From Yuukianura sp. NJ FZ-2021 (Eukaryota), in assembly GCA_046563655.1 (NCBI GenBank), contig CM102286.1:8866001-8930000 (forward strand): a DNA stretch of 64,000 bases, given 5' to 3'. Made by a program: the position numbers and the translations under genes. The number at the start of each line of letters is the position of its first letter. Within the stretch, counting starts at the first letter, position 1. The notes below the pieces were generated by a model. It was not told the origin of the DNA, made no database searches, and was given only the letters and a program-made list of their open reading frames with translations. Shown piece after piece: positions 28,344-39,508 of the stretch.

Positions 28344-29644
28344 GCATTTCAATGTCACAGTCTCACAAAAGTTGTTTACAATAGCCAAACGACGGCAACC
28401 GAACTTGAGTCTTTTTGTTTTTGTTTTGTTTGTTTGTTTGAAAGTGCCCACTTTTTTTATCCACTTTGCACTGAACGTTTTTCGCCACTTTCGAGGGTGT
28501 TTCCTTTTGTCGATGTCTGCAACTATTACTAACTGCACAAGTTCGGTTATCGTGGTTACTAAATTTAACGACAATTTTTTATTAGACGCATAACACACGT
28601 CCAGTGTGAATTTTGTCTTCTGGGCAATAATTCTAATTTTTTTGGCAATAGTATGACACTCGGATGGATGTAGAAGAGGCTTCTCTCCACTCGAGTCCTG
28701 AATCGGATCTGACTGTTCCCCTCATGTGTGTATTTCCTTTTGTTTACGAATGAAACACACTTCACAGCCAAACGCACTGGCATATGCACCAAATTTATTT
28801 AAATCCAGAGCTGTTTCATTCAACAACGTTTTCAAAAAAAAATATCCTACACTGTATGTGTCATGTTTCTAAAATATATATCAATCATCAATCATACACA
28901 TAAAACACAGTGTCCGGCTGCGGGCTGACGTACACTTTACACTGAGTCATTGTTCTCTACCAATACTTTGGTGAGGAACAAAACTTATTGCATCCCACTG
29001 GATGTCAACTCAAAAATCCAATACGTCTACAATTTACTAACTAACCTAACTTATACCCTACTTTAATTGAATTAGTGTTAGGTCAGGCAAAACTTCGGGA
29101 GGGATACAACCAGGTGGTATCACCTCGCCTGCAGATGTTTGAGCATGACTATTCCTCTGAAGTGAACTTTTCATCTCAAATAAGGTTGAAGCGCACTTTG
29201 ATTTCGCCATTGTTCCCTTTAGTTTACGTTTGCCAACGTATTATATTCGTAAGCATGTAAACTAAAAAAAAAGAACGTTTTGCAATTAAATACCTAAACC
29301 TGCACTACTCTTGCTGGCTTAGTCTTCGTGCGGAGCGATAGGTTATATCCCAAATAGAACTTGCGGGTACAACCAATCTGCACTTTCCTTATCTAACACA
29401 CCAACAACAGCAAAGAGCACTCTCTCATTCATCTCTTGGAGTTTCAGCTGACAGGTTTTATTTACTTTTATCAAATTCAATTTCTTCCATTTTCCAAACG
29501 TTTTCTAGCACTTTCGATTTTTGCAAAGGTTAAAGTATTGAAGTATTAGTTAGGATAATTGTCTTTTGTTAGGATTTGAGTACAAGTTCGAGTTAGGTTA
29601 GTTATTTTAGGCAGGGTGCACTCTGTGCTGTCCTTTTATTTAGT

Positions 29645-29790
29645 AAAAGGCAAAAGTCCTTTTTTGAGTAAAAGGCGAAGTCCCTTTTTGGTTAAAGGGC
29701 GAAGTCCTTCGTTGTTCAGAAGGCAAAGTCCCTGTTTTGTTAGAGGGCGAAGACCATCTTTGGTCAGAAGGCAAAGTCCTTCAATATCCA
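29645..29790. repeat. Tandem repeat, 24-bp unit x ~6, in the Helitron 5' region
   Basis: Repeated aaggc(a/g)aagtcc...tt(g/t)gttag/a units. Confidence 0.75.
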
Positions 29791-30162
29791 ACATAGGATA
29801 AAAGGTATATAGTTTGCCTTAACCTAACCTAACCTAATACGTTAAATCTCTGGTTGGTAGAACGATATTTCCCTTAAGGGCATACAAAATTGGTTAGCCA
29901 ATCTAACCTATCAAGTTGTTGTGTAAGGGGTTTACAGGAAAGGTTATAAAGTTGTCAATAAAAGCAATCACTTTGAAAATGCCTGGAACGAATCGTGAAC
30001 TCTCACAAACTCCTAACGCGATTAGGAAAAGGCTTGCTCGCGCTAATGAAACTACCGAAGCGGCTGCAATACGGCGGGAGGCTGAGGCGAATGCGCGTAG
30101 AGCATCTAGATCCAATCGATCAAGTGAAGGAGCAACTGCACAACGTGCAGAAAATAGAATTA

Positions 30163-31936
30163 CCCTATTTCACGGCGTATAGGTCGCACTCGCGTATAGG
30201 TCGCACCCAAATATAATATGTTGGGTATAACTTAGGTGAAATTGGCCCGAATCTGTCGCAGGCGGACAGCGCTTGTTTGTTAACCTTTGCACTTGCTTTT
30301 TTATTATTAAAAGATACGTCAGAGCATAGATGGGCGTCCTCACTCAAAAAATCCTCAAAGAGGACGAAATCCTCAAAGAGGACACGATTTTGGATGAGGA
30401 TTGAGTATAGAGGATTTGAGGACCGATGGCCTGGAAGAGTATAGAGGATTGAAGTTTTGAGGATGGACTTTGAATGAGGATTGAAGTTTTGAGTATTTAA
30501 GGATATAGTATGAAGTGAGGATAGAGGATTAGAGTATTTGAGGATTCAAATTTACTTGAGGATTGAGTATTTGAGCACTCCTCAATTTCGCAATCCCTAG
30601 CAAATTGAGACATCCCCAGACATCCCGCTAACAACCGCGGTTTTTTCAAAGTTGAGCATGACCTTTGATCCTAATTTCTTCTCTTCACAATTATTCTTTT
30701 GTACCATCAAACGCTTGTTTTCCATTGCTGGAGCTTTGGGAAGATCAAGAATGTCTCGAATTACCGTTAGGCTTTTGGAAAAAGTGTCAATGATAAGCCA
30801 ACATCTGCTTAACACAAATTTGGGTTCCAATAACAATCGCGATTGTTCAGCCTAATTGCTACAATTGTTTGAATCCCTTTGGTAAGGCTTGACTTAATGG
30901 TTATGGGCTTTTTGGTTAATTAAATTGAATATTAGTCTGAAATAAAATTGACTTGGTGAACCAAACTGTATAGATAGTTATTTTCACTTAATTGAGGATA
31001 GAGGTTTAAGGATTTGAGGACATTATTGGGATTGAGGATAGAGGATTTGAGGTTTTAAGGATTGGGATACCAACGAGGATGAGGTTTTGAAGATTTGAGG
31101 ACTAGAAATCGAGTGAGGATAGAGGAGAAGAGTATTTGAGGATCGGGAATCGATTGAGGATAGAGGATTTGAGGACGTCCTCTTTGAGGATGCGCATCTA
31201 TGCGTCAGAGAGAAAATCATTTTTCATTACCCTTTTTTTTGAAAATATTGAAGATTTTTAAAATAATCAGTCTAGAATATTTATTTGCATGGAATGAAAA
31301 AAAAACACATCGAAAGTCATAGAAGAAAACTCTCCAACCGGAATTCTGATTTGAGCATATGCAAAGACTGGATTAACGGTGAATTGGTTGAAGGTCGGAT
31401 GAACAACTTATGGGGCAAACGAAAGAGTCTGATTTTCCCAAACCAAAAAAAGAAAACTGTCTCCTGGTCAAATGATACGCAAATGATGGCATACCTCATT
31501 GCCGAAATAGCAGAAGTGGTTCAAAAATTTACACAACGGGCAGTAATCTCCATTCCCGGCGAATTAGGTTAAGTTTATGCAACCACTTCATATTTCTCTG
31601 AACGAATCGTTTAAGGCTAAAATTTGTAATTTTTTAAATGAGTAGAAGTTGGACTATGAAACTGTATCACTCGAAAAAGCCGGAATCGTAGAAAGGCAAT
31701 ACTTGCCAACGTTTGTGAGAGTATCGTGAAATCGTAGAAAGAAATCACGGTAAAGAGTGTCAAAAATGGATTTAAAAAGGTTTCCGAAACATTAGTTTTG
31801 AAGATTGCAGACGTTTTCTTAGTTCTAGATTAGACCGATGGAGGAAATCAACAAAGTTAGGGAAATTTTTTTTTTGATTTCTCGTTGGGCCAGAAAAACA
31901 TCAGATAAGCCGCGACCTATACGCCGTGAAATAGGG
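30163..31936 (+). mobile_element. pogo-family (Tc1/mariner) element, internally deleted
   Basis: Perfect 25-bp TIR ccctatttcacggcgtataggtcgc with TA TSD (30161-30162, 31937-31938). DDE_1-like remnant at ~31540-31780 (IPGEL...RNRRKAILANVCESIVKS*KEITVKSVKNGFKK). Confidence 0.9.
30325..31202 (+). mobile_element. Non-autonomous hAT element nested in the pogo element
   Basis: 18-bp imperfect TIR catagatg(g/c)gc(g/a)tcctca; 8-bp TSD cgtcagag (30317-30324, 31203-31210); many gaggat subterminal repeats; hAT dimerisation-domain remnant KRLFSIAGALGRSRMSRITVRLLEKV. Confidence 0.88.
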
Positions 31937-34900
31937 TAGCAGTAGGAGGTTATTGGCTAACCTATCGAATGAAGACGCTACGAATGTGACGTTGGTTGGA
32001 AACCCTGTACAAACACATCAAGTACGTAATGTTTTTTTAAATGGGTTTGATGAGAGCAATGTCCAAGAACATTATGTTGGCACTATGACCGCGCATTGTG
32101 CCCATTGCAATTCCAAAAACTTCGAAGAGGAAAGGGCAAGTGACAAACAGTTTTCATCATGTTGCGAGAAGGGAAAAATTGTTTTGCCTAACCTACGAAC
32201 GAATGAATTTATTACTAATCTAATGAAACATGAGAATGAACTATCTCGGAATTTTGTGGAAAATATCAGATCCTACAATAGCGCAATAGCTTTTGCGTCA
32301 ATGGGAGCACAAATTGCCCCACCTCCTGGGTATGGACCTTATTGTTTCCGCATTCATGGACAAATTTATCACTTGACTGGACCACTGCACCCACGTCAAG
32401 GCGAGCAGCCAGAGTATGCCCAATTGTATATTATTGACGCAGAAGAAGCGTTAACTAACCGAGCAAACCAGAATTCCAATAAAGGTTGCAACATGGCTCT
32501 AATGAATGAATTAGACGTTCTCATGCGTCAAATTAATCCTTTTGCTCACGCATATAAAATGATGCGAGAATTTGAACTAGAAGAAGAGGAATTAGCTCGA
32601 CAAGAAGGTCGAGTTCCTCATCAAATTTCAATGTCCATTGTAAATGACTATTCTGATGATCAGAGGAGGTATAATGCCCCAAGATGCAACGAAGTTGCGG
32701 TGGTATTTCAAAATACTCTGGGCGAACCTCCGTTTAACCGGGACATTAGGATTCATTCCCGAGCTGAAAATAGAACTCAGCCGATTAGTTTTTTACACAA
32801 GAAGTGTGATGCGATGACATAGCCATTGCTGTTTCCCTATGGTGATAGTGGTTGGACTATCAATTTAACCGTGGGTAAAGCATTAAGCACCCAATTTCAA
32901 AGGCTCACAATTGGTGAAGTTGAAGAGCCACCCAATGACGAAGAGGATAAACAAAAAATTACGCAATTACAGTACTATGCGTACAGATTATCGGTGAGGG
33001 GACGAATTTAATCCCATTTTAAATGCTGGTAAACTAACGCAACAATTTATTGTTGACAGTTATGTTAAAATTGAAGCTAATCTGCTAAATTATATTCGTA
33101 TGAATCAAAAGGCTTTGCGAGTCGATAGTTATGCCGGCCTTATGGATCATATAAACAGCACTGCTCAAAATAATGGCCTAAAAGCAGGAACTGCAGTGAT
33201 TCTGCCGTCATCTTTTATTGGCAGCCCAAGGGCAATGGCACAAAATTTCCAAGACGCAATGACAATTGTTCGGAAATATGGAAAGCCCGATCTATTTGTC
33301 ACGATGACATGTAACCCAAAATGGCGGGAAATTACAGAAAATCTGGAACCTTGGCAAAAGGCTGAATTTCGCCCTGATTTAGTTGCCCGAGTTTTTAAAT
33401 TGAAACTCAAAGAACTCTTGAATGATATTCTAAAAAAGAATATTTTTGGCAAAGTTATTGCATACGTTTATGTAATTGAGTTCCAAAAACGTGGGCTGCC
33501 TCACTGTCATATGCTTTTAATTTTGGATGAGGAAAATAAACTTAAAGAGCCTGAATCAATTGACAAAGTGGTGAGCTCTGAAATACCAAATCCTGAAACC
33601 CACCCACGACTTCATGCAATAGTTTTGCAGAATATGATTCATGGACCCTGCGGGCAATTGAATCCATCCTCTATTTGTATGAGCAACGGAGAATGCTCTA
33701 AGAAATTTCCTAAGTCGTTTGTAAGCGAAACAAACCCCAACCAAGACTGTTACCCACAGTACCGAAGACGTGATACTGGGATACAATACAAACTGGGAAG
33801 TCACATGATTGACAATTCATGGGTTGTACCTTACAATCCATATTTGTTACTTAAATATAACAGTCATATTAATGTTGAAGTTTGCGCTTCAATTAAAAGC
33901 GTGAAATATTTGTACAAGTACATATATAAAGGGCATGACTGTGCCAACGTCCGCCTGGACACCTTGACTTGGGACGAACCTGCCCAGTTTGTGGATTCTA
34001 GATACATTAGCGCTCCCGAAGGAGTTTGGCGTATCAGAAAATATAAAATGGATGACACATCTCATGTAATTAAAAGACTCCCTGTGCATCTGGAAAATAT
34101 GCAAGCAGTGTACTTTGAAGATGGGGATGAAGAGGGCGCTTTTGAAGAAGCCAATCTCAGCAGTTCAATGCTGCAAGCATATTTCGAATTGAACAAGGGC
34201 GATATAAATGCCCGTCAATTCCTGTATTCGGAAATTCCAGAAAATTATGTCTGGGACCGAAAATGGAAGAAATGGAACCCAAGAAGACAAAGATTTGGCA
34301 AAACCATTTCTAGAATGTATACAGTTTCTGTATCTCAAGGCGAACTGTTTTATTTGAGGCTGCTCCTATTACATGTAAAAGGAGCACAATCGTTCAAAGA
34401 CGTTCGAACGGTAAATGGAACTGTCCATGACACATTTAAAGAAGCTGCTATTGCTTTGCAACTTCTTTTTGATGATTCCCAATGGGAGGGCTGCATTTTG
34501 GATGCTATAACTTACCAAATGCCATACCAATTACGGGATTTATTTGCAATGATTTGCGTTTTTGGACCACCCACGGATCCTAAGGCACTCTGGGAAACTT
34601 ACAAAGAAGATTTCCTGGAAGATTATTTAAAGGAACATTCTCCTGAACTGTCAGAGCAACTGGGCTTGCGAGATTTAGAAGAAACTCTAAATCTACATCG
34701 CAAATCTTGCGTTGAATACAACCTGCCGATGCCTAGAGATGACTTGGAAGATCTTTTGGGAGGTATTGACATTCAGGCTAAAGCTTCTGAAGCAGAGCGT
34801 TTAGCTGTAATGTTAAATGTCGCACAGAAAGAAGCCTATGATGCAATTTTAGCCGCAGAAAATGCTGAAACTTACAGCAAATGTTTTTTTATTGATGGCC

Positions 34901-36546
34901 CTGGAGGAAGTGGTAAAACCTTCCTCTATAATACTCTTGATAAAACTTTTCAAGGTAGAGGCTTAAAAAATGCTTAGTAGCATCCACTGGTATAGCAGCC
35001 ACACTACTAGAAGCTGGTACAACGTACCACTCAAGATTTGGACTTGGGATTCATACAAATGAGACGACAACGTCCAAAATTAAACCAACATCTAAAGAAG
35101 CAAAGCTTTTACGCGAAGCTTCGATTATTATTTGGGACGAGGTCACAATGACTCCATGCTATAACATGGACGCCGTTGACCGCTTATTCCGAGAAATAAT
35201 GGGAGTAAATAAACCCTTCGGAAATAAATTGTTCCTAATTGGAGGGGATTTTAGACAAACACTCCCAATTGTCAAGCATGGTAAACGTGCCCAAATTGTT
35301 CAAGCCTCGCTTAAAAGAAGCAAAGTTTGGAAGTTTTTCAAACCCCTTAAGCTTCTCGAAAATATGCGTACAGGCCCGGCAGAAATTGAATACAATAAAT
35401 GGCTCCTTGATCTAGGGGATGGAAAATTATCCAATGAATACAATTTGGGGGGAAGACTTTATTGAACTCCCAACCGATTGTATCGAGGAAAATGATTTAA
35501 TTTCTTCCATTTTTGGCGAAAAGCTTTCGCTGGATGAAGAAAATATTAAAGCTTTAGCCAAAAAAGCTATATTAACGCCAAAGAACGAACATGTTCATCA
35601 ACTAATTGAACAAATATTAAACCGCTGTGGCGGCCAAGAAGTCGCTTATTTCAGCACTGATTCTGTCGATGACGATGGAGAAGGTTCGGCAGAGGACTAC
35701 CCTGTTGAGTTTATCAACACCCTGACACCATCTGGGTTTCCACTTCACCACCTAAAGCTCAAAGTTGGAGCAATAATTATGCTTTTGCGTAATTTGAATA
35801 AAAGACGTGGTCTATGTAACGGCACACGCCTTATTATTAAGTCACTAAAGCCAAATGTCATTTGTGCTGAATCCTACAAGGAAGGCACGAAGGACAACAA
35901 GTCCTTCTACCTAGAATTGACTTATTATCCTCTGAAAGTGACTTTTCAGTAGAAATTCGAAGACGCCAGTTTCCAGTGGCCTTGGTTTTCGTCATGAGCA
36001 TTAATAAAGCCCAAGGACAATTACTGGATTCAGTTGGTATTTACCTGCCATTTCCAGTGTTCAGCCACGGTCAATTGTACGTGGCATTCTCTAGATGCAC
36101 CAAACAAGAAAATGTACGGGTAAAAATGATTACCCGTGAAAATCAAGGGAAATTGGTGCCTGGAGTGGACAAATGGTTTACACTTAACTGTGTTTACAAA
36201 GAAATCTTTGCGTAAAGCCCATTAAACGCAAACAAAAATAAACACAACTTTCAGAAATGACTCCAAAGTGAGAAAATGAGGGACTAACTCCTAGCCTCGG
36301 TCTACGGACCAAACATTGGGCATGGGCAGCGCCTTGGGGGCAGATCCCAAGTGCGCTCAACCATGATTTTATTGTAAAGCTATCGCTTCTGGCCTCATTA
36401 TTTGAGTGGTTGGTTTGTCAATCCGGCTACACACGCAATTCTCAAGCTATGCGCCCCGAGCGAAGCGAGGGGCCATGGCTTGTTCTCAATAAAAGTTCTT
36501 TAAAAAACTTTAAACCCAACAGGGAACATGGTAAATAAATGTCTAC

Positions 36547-39061
36547 TATGGTGGCCCCAGATTGCCAATGCTGTTTTTCCCGTTTTGTAATTCAAAAAGC
36601 ATTTTCAAATGCATTTTCAATTGCATTTCATTTTAAAAAGCATTTTCAAATGCATTTTCAATTGCATTTCATTTTAAAAAGCATTTTCAAATGCATTTTC
36701 AATTGCATTTCATTTTAAAAAGCATTTTCAATTGCATTTCATTTCAAAAAGCATTTTCAATTGCATTTCATTTCAAAAAGGATTTTCAATTGCATTTCAT
36801 TTCAAAAAGCATTTTCAATTGCATTTCAATTTCAATTTCAAAATGAAAATGCACTTGGCCCTTCTGGGCTCCTAATTCAAATTCAATTTGAAAATGAAAA
36901 TGCATTTGGCCCTTCTGGGCTCCTTATTCAAAAAGTGCGCCTCCTGCATACCATGTGACTTTTTTGTGTCTGAAAGTGGAAAAGTATTGAGTTCCTATAG
37001 ACACCACTAGTGCCAGTTCACAAATGGGCACATATGCTAAATTTCAAGTTATCGAATGTTTTGTTACCTGTAAGTTTGTGTATTAATTATGTATTGACTT
37101 AAATATTCATTTAAATTATTCATTTAAATATTAATATAATCTACGGTCGTGATATACGTGCTACTGCAATGTTGCGATTAAATTGATCATGTTACGTACA
37201 CATAGTTAATGAAATGTCATAAATCTCTACATTGTAATAAAAATTCAGAATTAAATTTATTGTAGGCTCAGTCCGAAGTTCATTTGTTTTTAATTGGCCT
37301 TTGACTGCGTTTAGAAAGTCGAACGGACGTAGCTTAGGACATTGGGCATATGAAAAGATAATAATTTTCAAAGTAACAGATTTCTTAAAAAACGAAAGGT
37401 CAGAATCTGATGACGTGATGCAAGGGCGGTGTTGGCTTATTGTAGTACCTACCCAATAAATTTCAGCTTTCCGACGTCAACTCTAATCTTCCAATAAAGT
37501 GAAATTTTCCTGTAGGATAACTTGGGTTATTTTGCTTTAGTTAAGCCTAACCCTACTTGCCTGCCCTGACTAAACGAAAAGTCAGATTTTGACGTGACTT
37601 CAGGGGTATAATTACTAAAGTGATTAGAGTATCCCCTTTAATTTACAGCTTCGCCACAAGTCGTTTTCTTGGTGAAATGTTGGTGGAGGTAGTGAGTCGA
37701 AGACGGACTTCGTTAACTAAGTTGACTCGAATCTTGTACCAATTAAATACAATATATCTAAAAAGTAATTCAGAAAACATGAAGAAGGGACAATTTAGCC
37801 GAAGAAAATCACTCTTTTCAAATAACATAATTCCAAATTCCAAAAAGTTAAAAGGTTACTCTGAAAATCACTCTTTTTAAATAACATAATTCCAAATTCC
37901 AAAAAGTTAAAAGTTTACTTTGAAAATCACTCTTTTTAAATAACATAATTCCAAATTCCAAAAAGTTAGAAGTTTACTCTGAAAATCACTCGCCGGACAC
38001 CAGCTTGGTTTGTGTGTTGAATTGTCAATATTGATTTTGATTGGTAAAAAATTAAAGTAAACTTGCTTAGTAAAACGAACGCCGTATTTAATTACCTATC
38101 TACACCCAATGCTCACCCAAAGACCGACTTGTGGCGAAGCTGTAAATTAAAGGGGAAAGTCTAATAAGTTTTATCCTTATACCCATGAAGTTATATCAAA
38201 TTCTGACCTTTCGTTTTTGAGAAATCGGTAATTTTGAGAATTATTATCTTTTCATATGCCCAATGTTCTAAGCTACGTCTTCGGTTGGACTTTCTAAACG
38301 CAGTCAAAGGCCAATTAAAAACAAATGAACTTCGGACTGAGCCTACAATAAATTTAATTCTGAATTTTTATTACAATGTAGAGATTTATGACATTTCATT
38401 AACTGTGTGTACATAACATGAGTAATTTAATCGCCACATTGCAGTAGCACGTATATCACGACCGTCGATTATATTAATATTTAAATAAATAATTTAAATG
38501 AATATTTAAATGAATACATAATTAATACACAAACTTACAGGTAACAAAACATTCGATAACTTGAAATTTAGCATATGTGCCCATTTGTGAACTGGCACTA
38601 GTGGTGTCTATAGGAACTCAAGACTTTTCCACTTTCAGACACAAAAAAGTCACATGGTATGCAGGAGGCGCACTTTTTGAATAAGGAGCCCAGAAGGGCC
38701 AAATGCATTTTCATTTTCAAATTGAATTTGAATTAGGAGCCCAGAAAGGCCAAGTGCATTTTCATTTTGAAATTGAAATTGAAATGCAATTGAAAATGCT
38801 TTTTGAAATGAAATGCAATTGAAAATGCTTTTTGAAACGAAATGTAATTGAAAATGCTTTTTGAAATGAAATGCAATTGAAAATGCTTTTTAAAATGAAA
38901 TGCAATTGAAAATGCTTTTGAAAATGCTTTTTAAAATGATATGCAATTGAAAATGCTTTTGAAAATGCTTTTTAAAATGAAATGCAATTGAAAATGCATT
39001 TGAAAATGCTTTTTGAATTACAAAATGGGAAACACAGCGTTGGCACTCTGGGGCCACCATA
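36547..39061. mobile_element. Foldback element with ~1 kb inverted arms containing internal tandem repeats
   Basis: Ends tatggtggccccaga / tctggggccaccata flanked by the direct repeat gtctac. Arms 36547-~37665 and ~38120-39061 carry arrays of aaaagcattttcaattgcatttcattt. The loop has a ~59-bp unit x3 (37803-37990). No coding capacity seen. Confidence 0.88.
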
Positions 39062-39508
39062 GTCTACCACATTCAATTCTACGCAATAAAAAAAAACGAA
39101 AAAAAATTCCGCCGACAATGCGATAATATATCTGAACTATAAACGTGTTGCACAGCGTTGCCCAATGTTATTATAACAACAGCTTTTTCAAGGAGGTTAG
39201 GCAATAACTCGAGCAATTTCGTAGATGCCGTGACCTTATCATAAAGTAAAAAAAAACTAGTCGGAAAAATTGAAAAAGAAGTATCTGCTTTTTGCTAATC
39301 GCATAACCACGAAGGATCTGGTCAACGTTAATGTATTCCATGCAATACCAATACATTACTTAAATTAATTCTTGAAAAAAGAAGCCCTTTCAAATACAGG
39401 TTTGTAGGTTATGTGTTGCGCTGGCTGCTACGACACAAGACTATCTGCAATAAGAAAATCAAAATTTTCATCAGCATCAACGTTCAAACTCTACAACTGT
39501 CATAAACC

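Larger units (their letters stand above)
29979..36215 (+). pseudogene. Helitron Rep(HUH Y2)-PIF1 helicase, disrupted
   Basis: Zn motif CAHC...FSSCCEKG; Rep motifs PDLFVTMTCNPKW, VIEFQKRGLPHCHML and YLYKYIYKG; PIF1 motifs FIDGPGGSGKT, IIWDEVTM, GGDFRQTLPI, LRNLNKRRGLCNGTR, SINKAQGQ and HGQLYVAFSR. Broken by the pogo insertion, a TAG at ~32820 and frameshifts near 33000, 34970, 35450 and 35900. Confidence 0.95.
28881..36482 (+). mobile_element. Helitron (formerly autonomous, now inactivated)
   Basis: Contains RepHel coding sequence. The 3' end has the hairpin gccccgagcgaagcgaggggc followed by CTTG|T. The 5' end is tentatively A|TCaatcatcaatcatacacataaaac at 28881 (uncertain). Confidence 0.8.

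Noticed and set aside
29821..29837. (AACCT)3, the arthropod telomeric TTAGG repeat
   Set aside because: Only three units, and short ttagg/cctaa motifs are scattered across the window; not a telomere.
36595..36830. CRISPR-like appearance of regular repeats (also 2603-2920, 37803-37990, 53710-53820)
   Set aside because: The units are directly tandem without unique spacers, the context is eukaryotic and there are no cas genes.
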